In this document: positions 47,598 through 54,891 of the stretch, in pieces
How positions within the stretch are numbered: the stretch's first letter is position 1
Layout: every line of letters starts with the position of its first letter
Assembly: GCA_964424665.1 (NCBI GenBank)
Contig: CAYRJM010000001.1
Coordinates: 15,395-79,394 of the forward strand
Direction: 5' to 3'
Length of the DNA stretch: 64,000 nt
From: an uncultured Chitinophagaceae bacterium
Lineage (GTDB): Bacteria; Bacteroidota; Bacteroidia; Chitinophagales; Chitinophagaceae
The notes under the pieces: generated by a model
What the model saw: the letters and a program-made list of their open reading frames with translations, nothing else
What the model was told of the DNA's origin: nothing
Databases searched by the model: none
Translations under genes and position numbers: made by a program

Positions 47598-48269
47598 CTA
47601 TCTGCTTGCCTGAGCAGCTGCTCTCCTTTTCTTCCAGTTTTTCCTTTCCAGATCCAGGTTATAGCCCTCTTTAGATAAATAATTATTAATCCGTCCTTTA
47701 TATTTGCCAAACCACCAGTGTTTTTCCCTGGAAGACCCTCCGTCCATGGCATATTCTCTCGCTTCTATCAGATTGGCCATAATATACGTTTTTTGTTGTT
47801 CGGTAAGGCTGGGAATCATATCGACATATCCCTTGTAGGTAACTTCTAAAACCCCATAAGTCATCCCATCTTTAACCTGCCCGACCTGATCCGGCGTCAA
47901 TCTGGCTTGAAGTTTCCCAATAAAAGCCCGGTGCAATTTTTCCAGTTCACGCTGAGCAACCAGTTTAATCATCCTTTGTTTCAATTCCGTAGCGTCCTCA
48001 GAGAGATTCGCCTTTTTTAACAATTTTTCCTCTGCTTCTTTCAAGTCATAGACTTTTCCAATATTTTTGTACTGCTCAACAAGTATATTGGTCACAGCTT
48101 CTGCTTTAGCCGCATCCGAAAGGTGAAGAACGTCAACAATCTTTCGGGAGCGCTCAGTAAGGACCTTGGTATAGGCAGCCTCTTCTTCGGCTGTTTTAAC
48201 GAGTTGGGCGGTAGCAAAATGCCCGCTAAATAACATCGTCAGCACGACCAGGAAACGGAATTTTCTCAT
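47598..48269 (-). CDS. DUF3826-family secreted protein (function unknown)
   Basis: 223 aa with a signal peptide ending FATAQ. The body is helical and Lys/Glu-rich (EEEAAYTKVLTERSRKIVDVLHLSD...), as I recall for DUF3826. It is the promoter-proximal gene of block (iii). Confidence 0.6.
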   Translation of the reverse strand: MRKFRFLVVLTMLFSGHFATAQLVKTAEEEAAYTKVLTERSRKIVDVLHLSDAAKAEAVTNILVEQYKNIGKVYDLKEAEEKLLKKANLSEDATELKQRMIKLVAQRELEKLHRAFIGKLQARLTPDQVGQVKDGMTYGVLEVTYKGYVDMIPSLTEQQKTYIMANLIEAREYAMDGGSSREKHWWFGKYKGRINNYLSKEGYNLDLERKNWKKRRAAAQASR

Positions 48270-48337
48270 AGATTTTCAAGTTTAAAATGAAAAATATTTT
48301 TTCGTTTAATAAATTTATATGTAAATTTACGATTTAA

Positions 48338-48364
48338 ATGCAAATAAACAAATGTTTATGCAAA
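48338..48364 (+). promoter_or_regulatory. Direct repeat ATGCAAA(n13)ATGCAAA, 20 bp centre to centre, in the divergent AraC / DUF3826 intergenic region; candidate regulator binding site
   Basis: The sequence is ttaaATGCAAAtaaacaaatgtttATGCAAAaaaag, read directly. A 10-mer, ATGCAAAAAA, recurs on the minus strand at 17427-17436 in the other divergent promoter region. Confidence 0.25.
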
Positions 48365-48490
48365 AAAAGTTCTGTTAAGTTGCCTTAAGCGTTTGTATGC
48401 TGTCATTGGAAGTGTCGTTCCCAGGAAATCAGCGATGTTAACCGGTTTTGACTTCTAAATAAATTTTATAACCCGAAAAAAGATAAAGTT

Positions 48491-49369
48491 ATGAAAGCGC
48501 ATTTTCACATTGTACCCGTAATGATGCAAAACTCCTTTACAGTAAAGCATGAAGTGCAGTCAAACTTTGGAACTACCTGGCATTATCATCCTGAATTAGA
48601 ACTGCACTATGTTATCAAGGGAAACGGCACAAGATTCATTGGAAACAGCATAGAATCATTTTCAGAAGGAGAACTGGTGTTACTTGGTGAGAACCTTCCC
48701 CATACCTGGAAGTGTAACCAGGAATATTTCCAAGAGAAATCCAATTTAGAAGTTGAAGCAATTGTAATTCAATTTAGAAAAGATTTCTTGGGGGAAAGTT
48801 TCTTGAACCTTCCGGAATCGCATTTAATACCTCACCTGTTTGAAACGGCCAAATCCGGAATGATTATCAAAGGAAAAGTTAAAAAACAGATTATCCCGCT
48901 TATGCACGCTTCTTTACAGGCTACCGGGCTGGACCGCATAATAATAATGTTATCTATCCTAAAGGCCCTGGCGGAAAATAAGGAGTTTTCAACGATCACT
49001 GTTCCGCACAAATACCAGTTTAATTCGGACGAGCATGCAAAAAACCGGCTTGATAAAGTATATAGCTATACAATATCTAATTATAAGGAGGAGATCAGCC
49101 TCGAAGACATTTCCTCCATCAGCAACCTGAGTATAACGTCATTTTGCCGGTATTTTAAAATGATGACCAAAATGACGTATTACGATTTTCTTACGCGGAT
49201 CAGAATAAGCCAGGCTTGTCGTTTATTAATTGATGACAAGGTACCCACGAACATCATATGTTATGAATGTGGATTTAATAACATCTCGAATTTTTACAGG
49301 CATTTCAAGCGGATCACCGGTCTAACGCCTAAAGCATATAAGCAGTCTTATCTAAGTGGCGTTAACTAG
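48491..49369 (+). CDS. AraC-family transcriptional regulator (N-terminal cupin sensor + C-terminal double HTH)
   Basis: 292 aa. The cupin-like N-terminus reads WHYHPELELHYVIKGNGTRFIGN. The AraC HTH region reads LEDISSISNLSITSFCRYFK...ICYECGFNNISNFYRHFKRITGLTPKAYK. Confidence 0.9.
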   Translation: MKAHFHIVPVMMQNSFTVKHEVQSNFGTTWHYHPELELHYVIKGNGTRFIGNSIESFSEGELVLLGENLPHTWKCNQEYFQEKSNLEVEAIVIQFRKDFLGESFLNLPESHLIPHLFETAKSGMIIKGKVKKQIIPLMHASLQATGLDRIIIMLSILKALAENKEFSTITVPHKYQFNSDEHAKNRLDKVYSYTISNYKEEISLEDISSISNLSITSFCRYFKMMTKMTYYDFLTRIRISQACRLLIDDKVPTNIICYECGFNNISNFYRHFKRITGLTPKAYKQSYLSGVN

Positions 49370-49403
49370 CCGCCTTCTTGCAAAAGCAAAAACCTCTATA
49401 CGG

Positions 49404-50351
49404 TCATACAGCGGCGACCAAATCGATATTCAGCCTGTTAACCAGGTCTTTGTAATCCCGATAGAGTTGATCCAGGTCTTCGGATGTTTGCCGGGAAAAA
49501 ATTCCGACTTGCCGGCGCGAAAAGGTATTTATTTTAAGGCCTTTTTTCCGGAGAAGGTATTTGGCTACTACAGGATAAATATGATGCATTACATACATGT
49601 TGTCCATAAAAAACTTCTGAACCGCTATCGCCGCATTTTGCGTTTCAACGTCCAGATAATGGTCACAAAGCCAGACAATCAGTTCCGGGAAAAAATTACC
49701 CTGGATGCAGGATAAACCAGCCGCTCCCTCCTGTAAGGACGCTATAGCATTCCCGATATAGGCATCATAAAGTCCAAAGTTCTCCTTTTCGCTACAAGCC
49801 GCTAACTTTCCCTTAATACTGGCTATATCCAGGCTGGTGTCCTTATGATAATTCACTCTTCCGGTCTTCACAAAAGCGCCTAGCAGCGCCGGAGGCAATA
49901 CCCGCTTATAGGGGACCGGGCATTCATAGAAACCTACCGGTATATTATCCGTCAGATCCAGTAACCGGAACACCCTATCCTCCAATAGGCTATCAGGCTC
50001 GCTGGCTTCTGAAAGGAGGCTGGTAATGAGTATGACAGAGGTTACCCCTTTATCATATATTTTTTTTATCGCGTCGGCATTTTCTATTAATGAATTACCA
50101 AAACTACCTGTTGCTACAACCGGCACCCTTCCGTTGACCTGGGTGACTATATTTTCTATAATCATCAATCTTTCCTTCATCGACAATTCAAACATTTCAC
50201 TGGAAAGGCAATTAGCGAATAACCCGGATGCTCCGGCATTTAAATAGAACGCCGTTAACTCGGACAACGCCTTGTAGTCAACATCTCCGTTTTCTTTGAA
50301 AGGAGTTAACATTACGGGGACAAATCCCTTTTTTTCTTTAATCTGAATCAT
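49404..50351 (-). CDS. DHDPS/NAL-family aldolase, divergent subgroup (degenerate GTTGE motif)
   Basis: 315 aa. CLSSEMFELS replaces the usual GTTGE motif. The Tyr loop (VGFYECP) and Lys context (VNYHKDTS) are retained. It lies 6 nt downstream of the SSS transporter gene. Confidence 0.75.
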   Translation of the reverse strand: MIQIKEKKGFVPVMLTPFKENGDVDYKALSELTAFYLNAGASGLFANCLSSEMFELSMKERLMIIENIVTQVNGRVPVVATGSFGNSLIENADAIKKIYDKGVTSVILITSLLSEASEPDSLLEDRVFRLLDLTDNIPVGFYECPVPYKRVLPPALLGAFVKTGRVNYHKDTSLDIASIKGKLAACSEKENFGLYDAYIGNAIASLQEGAAGLSCIQGNFFPELIVWLCDHYLDVETQNAAIAVQKFFMDNMYVMHHIYPVVAKYLLRKKGLKINTFSRRQVGIFSRQTSEDLDQLYRDYKDLVNRLNIDLVAAV

Positions 50352-50357
50352 TTTATA

Positions 50358-51932
50358 CTAACTGTTATTTCGAACTATTTTCTGTGTAAAAAGCGGCAAC
50401 TTGGTAAGCAACATTCCAACTAAAAAAATGGTAAGTGTACCAATTACGATAATCATATTCGCATGAAGCGGATTTCTTAGATAGGCATACTCCGGAGATA
50501 TAAACCTGGACAAGCTCATCCATATAATTACGACCACGCCTATAATAGTTGCTGTCAGCGCTTCGTGGTTTCTGGATTGCCTGCATATAATCCCCAACAA
50601 AAATAAGCCCAACATACCACCGGCAAAGATCCCGGAAAGCTCCCACCAGATATCTAAAATGCTTTTAATGCCGATCATAGCTATCCCCGCCCCCATTCCC
50701 AGAAGGCCCACGATTACTGTCGTAATGTGTAACAATCTAAGCATTTGTCTGTCACTTAGATCAGATTTGACATAGCGTTTATAAATATCAATAGAAAATA
50801 CAGTGGCTGAAGCATTCATGCCTGAACTGATGGTACTCATGGCAGCTGACAATATTGCGGAGATAATAAGTCCCGTGACACCTACCGGTATCCTGTTGAC
50901 AATAAAATGGGGCATAACCTTGTCTCCAAAATCGGAAGGCTGAAGGTTTGAAGCCAAATGAGAAACTGCGGCAGCGTTGCCATCAGGAAGTAAATAACCG
51001 GCCACTTCATGTTCAAGTCCCGAAAGTAACTTCGGATGTAGTTGATAGAAAGCGAACAAAAACGAACCTATGATAAAAAACAACAAGGATACTGGAATAT
51101 AAGACCAAACACACAGCCAGATGGATTTGGCGGCGGCTTTTTCGGATTTGGCCGTATGGTACCGCTGAACATAATTCTGATCAATGCCGAAGTTGTTTAA
51201 GTTAATAAAAAAACCATACAATAAAACCACCCAAAAAGTAGACGTGGTAAAGTCAAAAGAAAAACTACCAAGGCTAAACTTATTCTTGGCCATATTTATA
51301 TCTATAATGTTGCCAAGCCCTCCCGGTGTATCCAGGACAATTATCACCAAAACAATCAGGGCCCCCACAGTAAGGATAATAGCCTGAACAACATCCGTCC
51401 AGATGATAGCCTCCATACCTCCCATTACCGTATAGATAATAATGCAGACCCCCACTACCAGCATAATCTGCGCCATGGAGTATCCGGTTAATGCTTGCAA
51501 ACAAAGAGCGATACCAAAGAAAATAGAGCCGATCCTGGCTAACTGTGTCAGTAAAAAACAAATGACCGCATACGTTCGTGCCCATGGCCCAAAACGGCGT
51601 TCAAAATGCGTATAAGCAGAAACTTCTCCGCTTTTCCTGTAAAAAGGGATAAAATACTTGGCAGCACACCATGCTGCTAACGGCATCGACAGGCTAAATA
51701 CAAAAGCATTCCAATTTCCACCGAAAGCCTTCCCCGGAACACCTAAAAACGTATTACTGCTTAAAAAGGTTGCGTATATAGAAATACCGACTGCCCAGGC
51801 AGGAATAAGGCCGGAAGCCTTTGTAAACTGAGCCGAATTTTTATTTTTTTTAGAAAAATAAAAACCAACAAACAGCATCGCCAGCAGATAAATAACAATT
51901 ATACTCAAGTCTATGAATAGTAGGCTATGCAT
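50358..51932 (-). CDS. Sodium:solute symporter (SSS) family transporter
   Basis: 524 aa, polytopic and hydrophobic throughout, with about 13 predicted TM stretches by eye. The SSS-like N-terminus reads YLLAMLFVGFYFSKK...SAQFTKASGLIPAW. Confidence 0.85.
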   Translation of the reverse strand: MHSLLFIDLSIIVIYLLAMLFVGFYFSKKNKNSAQFTKASGLIPAWAVGISIYATFLSSNTFLGVPGKAFGGNWNAFVFSLSMPLAAWCAAKYFIPFYRKSGEVSAYTHFERRFGPWARTYAVICFLLTQLARIGSIFFGIALCLQALTGYSMAQIMLVVGVCIIIYTVMGGMEAIIWTDVVQAIILTVGALIVLVIIVLDTPGGLGNIIDINMAKNKFSLGSFSFDFTTSTFWVVLLYGFFINLNNFGIDQNYVQRYHTAKSEKAAAKSIWLCVWSYIPVSLLFFIIGSFLFAFYQLHPKLLSGLEHEVAGYLLPDGNAAAVSHLASNLQPSDFGDKVMPHFIVNRIPVGVTGLIISAILSAAMSTISSGMNASATVFSIDIYKRYVKSDLSDRQMLRLLHITTVIVGLLGMGAGIAMIGIKSILDIWWELSGIFAGGMLGLFLLGIICRQSRNHEALTATIIGVVVIIWMSLSRFISPEYAYLRNPLHANMIIVIGTLTIFLVGMLLTKLPLFTQKIVRNNS

Positions 51933-51976
51933 AAGCAGTCTCTTTTTGGCTTTCGGTCACGCGTGTAACTACTCCA

Positions 51977-51984
51977 CAAATGTA
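51977..51984 (-). promoter_or_regulatory. Candidate Bacteroidota -7 box (TACATTTG = TAnnTTTG) for an internal promoter ahead of the SSS/aldolase pair
   Basis: There is an exact consensus match on the minus strand, 45 nt upstream of the ATG at 51932. It sits inside the only large (135-nt) gap in block (v). Confidence 0.3.
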
Positions 51985-52067
51985 CTCTTCCCTGTCACGG
52001 GGATAGCATGAGATTTTAGCCTTCTCTTATAACATCTTATCCACGCATTCCTGCTTTTTCCAAAAAA

Positions 52068-53015
52068 TCAGTTTTGAAAAATTTTTTTCAGATAGCGGGC
52101 GTTCGCACCATAATTCCAAACTCGGTTGTGTACATCGCTTACATCTCTGGACCGTTCCATAACCAACCATCCTTTCCAACCCATCGCGTCTAAAGTAGCT
52201 TTTACTTTAAGCAGGTCTATTGCCGGATCGTTTTGTAACCACACACCATCTTCATTGGTACAATGAATCTGACAAATTCTGCTTTTCCCGAGAATTTTTA
52301 ATTCCTGGCATAAATCCCTGTTTCCCCGTATGGGGTTCTCAAAATTAAAATAGCTTTGAATGGCAGTTGAACCTATGTCATTTAATAAGTCAACTTCCCC
52401 GGAAGCGTCAAGCGCTGTTTCAATGCCTACAATTACTTTAGCTTGTTCCGCATATTTTGCAACCGTTTGTAACCGTTTAACCACGGGCGTCCTCAATTCG
52501 GGGTATTTCACCAGGTCACCTTGGATTCCCAGGGGTAAAAATGCTATTTTTACCTTCATTTGCTGCATGGTATCAATACAGCCTTTAACTAAATCGACGG
52601 CCTCTTTTCTTTCGGGGAATGACTGTGCGTAAAATGCAGACATTGACAGGGAACATATTTTTAACCCATAATTTGCCGCGGTTTCAAGAAAAGCCTGACG
52701 AACCGTGGGATCAGACAGCTGGTTGTCAAAGGCCTTACGATTACCCAGACCGCCCATGTCTACTTCCACGCCATTTACACCAATTCTTTTTGACAATTTA
52801 AACGCGCCTATGTCCTGGCGCTTTAGAATCATCCAGTCACAAACCCCTACGGAATAACGATGTGTCGATGCTGTTGTATCCTCTGCCACTAAAGAAGCAG
52901 CACGTAGCAGCTGTTTTGAAACCAGAACGCCCCCGGCGGTAAGTGCTGTCCACATCATAAACCTACGCCGATTTATTGCTATTTCTGTATAAACTTTACT
53001 TTTGTCCATTTCCAT
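52068..53015 (-). CDS. Tat-exported xylose-isomerase-like TIM-barrel protein (annotation class: sugar phosphate isomerase/epimerase)
   Basis: 315 aa. The twin-arginine signal is NRRRFMMWTALTAGGVLV. The TIM-barrel pattern includes GVNGVEVDMGG, KIAFLPLG, IVGIETA and WLVMER. Confidence 0.7.
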   Translation of the reverse strand: MEMDKSKVYTEIAINRRRFMMWTALTAGGVLVSKQLLRAASLVAEDTTASTHRYSVGVCDWMILKRQDIGAFKLSKRIGVNGVEVDMGGLGNRKAFDNQLSDPTVRQAFLETAANYGLKICSLSMSAFYAQSFPERKEAVDLVKGCIDTMQQMKVKIAFLPLGIQGDLVKYPELRTPVVKRLQTVAKYAEQAKVIVGIETALDASGEVDLLNDIGSTAIQSYFNFENPIRGNRDLCQELKILGKSRICQIHCTNEDGVWLQNDPAIDLLKVKATLDAMGWKGWLVMERSRDVSDVHNRVWNYGANARYLKKIFQN

Positions 53016-53043
53016 TATTTTTATTCCCTTGAAAGCTAGTCAA

Positions 53044-53766
53044 TCATTTGGCATGCACCTTATCATAGTAATCCTGATAAATCTGCCGCCAATTCCTGCC
53101 ATGTGTATTCAGATAGTCTTCACACTTTGTTTTATAGATTTCAAATATTGCAGAAATTTCTTTCATGCTTTTAAAACCTATAGCCTGTGCCCTAGCCTGC
53201 TTTAAATAGCCTAAAATAACCGCTTGTTCCTTTGGCTTAAGATCAGGAACTATCGTTTTATAGGCGGAAAACGTAAAATCCACCTTACCAATGGTCCACT
53301 TATCTAAAATAGCCTCCACCTGCTTTTTAGTGAGGTTTTCATTGAGCCTTTTCATGAAATTACCTTGAACAGAATCCGGAATAGAAGAATCTATTATAAT
53401 CTGTCGGTCCAGTTCACTCAATGGTAGTCCTGTCTTGGGGTTGATACCGGCTGGAACGCTTTCATACGAATGGCTATTGTGCCAGTCTCTTATAGCCTTT
53501 AGATAATCGGCAACTACCTTACTTAGCATCTCTACTTTCTGGTTATCCTTTAAATTCAAATCCTGAATCCATTGTACCGCTTTCCGTTTTTGCTCGGCAC
53601 TTGGAACTGCCCTAATGCCATCCTTCAGGAATAATTTTACTTCTTGTTTAGTTACAATCTGGCTTATAGCCTGGAAGGGGCATAATCCGACTAAGGTTAC
53701 CGCGCAGATAATTATTATTTTTCTCACAATCAAATATTTTATAAAATTTATTATTGAGCGGGCCAA
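53044..53766 (-). CDS. DUF3826-like secreted protein (second copy)
   Basis: The track ORF starts at a TTG (53766). The GVG at 53727, read as GTG, would give MRKIIIICAVTLVGLCPFQAISQ, a cleaner signal peptide. Its helical composition and length are similar to ORF 47598..48269. Confidence 0.5.
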   Translation of the reverse strand: MARSIINFIKYLIVRKIIIICAVTLVGLCPFQAISQIVTKQEVKLFLKDGIRAVPSAEQKRKAVQWIQDLNLKDNQKVEMLSKVVADYLKAIRDWHNSHSYESVPAGINPKTGLPLSELDRQIIIDSSIPDSVQGNFMKRLNENLTKKQVEAILDKWTIGKVDFTFSAYKTIVPDLKPKEQAVILGYLKQARAQAIGFKSMKEISAIFEIYKTKCEDYLNTHGRNWRQIYQDYYDKVHAK

Positions 53767-54872
53767 TGACCATCTGCCATTTTTGAAGATTCAATCTTAG
53801 CCGGATCAATAACGACATGTTTTATGCGGGTACGCCTCCAGGTATAAACAATATGTACCAGTCCATCTTTAGTTTGAATAACCGCCGGATAAGAATATTC
53901 ATCATCAATGTTCTTCAGCTCGGGGTGAGGTACTTCAATAACGTTGGTTGCAGACCAATTCTCTCCATCCGTGGAAACAGCTACATTCAAGGGGGCCCTT
54001 TCTCCCTTATATTCCCCTTTGGGAGGCCATACGTGGTTGTACACTAAAAGTTGCCTGCCATCAGACAAGGTTACCGCATCTATGCCCGACCCATTGCCCG
54101 GTAAAGAAGTTTTCTCCAGCGGACTCCAGGTTTTCCCGTTATCAGAAGACCAGGTCTGAAAAATCGTCCTGTTTTTACTGCGACATAAGGCTTGTAGCCG
54201 GCCACCCTGATAAAGTAAAATCGTTGGTTGAATAGCTTCATAACCGCCGTCTTTTTTTACATCTGTCGTTTTATGCCATGTTTTTCCAAAATTATCCGAC
54301 CATTCGAAATGAACGTTCCAACCATTATCTTCTGTACTGGAACCGCTTAATAAAATTCCGTTCTCAAGCAGCACCGGTTTATTCTTGATCGGACCTAAAA
54401 TACCTTCTGGTAATTTCGTTGCCGCAGACCATGTCTTGCCTCCGTCTGAGGAGGTTTTCACCCATCCTTTCCATGTAGAGGGGCTGGGGCCAATTTTATA
54501 ATACAATTGCAGTTTCCCGTCGGGCACTTGAAACAACACAGGATTCCAACAGGGGTAGCGCACGGTATCTGAAACTACCCCGTCGGCAACTTCAACAGGT
54601 TGTGTCCATTGTCCGTTTTCTTTTCTACTCACCCATATACCTACGTTATCAGCCCCTTCCTTATCACCGCCAAACCAGGCAGCGACAATTCCGGTTGGTG
54701 TTTCGGCAATAGTCGATGCATGGCAGGATTTAAACGGCGCTTCTGTGAAGACAAATTCATCGATAAGTATTCCTTTTCTCCACCGATTTGTTTCATCCGA
54801 TTTCTTTTTGTTTTGACAACCCGTCAGCATTAAACAAATAAATGCTGACCACAGTATTCCATTTTTTAGCAT
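53751..54872 (-). CDS. BNR/Asp-box sialidase-fold lipoprotein (non-canonical: no FRIP motif)
   Basis: 373 aa with lipobox MLTGC. The Asp-boxes are SSDGGKTWS, SDNFGKTWH, SSDNGKTWS and STDGENWS. The N-terminus reads FKSCHASTIAETPTGIVAAWFGG. There is no RIP tripeptide anywhere in the protein. Confidence 0.75.
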   Translation of the reverse strand: MLKNGILWSAFICLMLTGCQNKKKSDETNRWRKGILIDEFVFTEAPFKSCHASTIAETPTGIVAAWFGGDKEGADNVGIWVSRKENGQWTQPVEVADGVVSDTVRYPCWNPVLFQVPDGKLQLYYKIGPSPSTWKGWVKTSSDGGKTWSAATKLPEGILGPIKNKPVLLENGILLSGSSTEDNGWNVHFEWSDNFGKTWHKTTDVKKDGGYEAIQPTILLYQGGRLQALCRSKNRTIFQTWSSDNGKTWSPLEKTSLPGNGSGIDAVTLSDGRQLLVYNHVWPPKGEYKGERAPLNVAVSTDGENWSATNVIEVPHPELKNIDDEYSYPAVIQTKDGLVHIVYTWRRTRIKHVVIDPAKIESSKMADGHWPAQ

Positions 54873-54891
54873 AAGTCTCGTTCTTTATGGT

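Noticed and set aside
47561-47752. A 63-aa minus-strand ORF overlapping the 3' end of the DUF3826 gene and bridging to the GH78 start
   Set aside because: It is in a different frame over the C-terminus of a well-supported gene and has no motif support. The 33-nt gap between the DUF3826 and GH78 genes needs no extra gene.
49356-49715. A 119-aa plus-strand ORF starting inside the end of the AraC gene and running antisense into the aldolase gene
   Set aside because: It overlaps two well-supported genes and its sequence has no recognisable features. It is most likely spurious.
53751-54872. The BNR protein as a classical GH33 sialidase acting on sialic acid
   Set aside because: There is no F/YRIP motif anywhere in the protein. 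The surrounding genes are pectin-directed and no other host-glycan (mucin or sialoglycan) genes are present. I therefore call only the fold and leave the substrate open, with Kdo or Dha the more plausible candidates.
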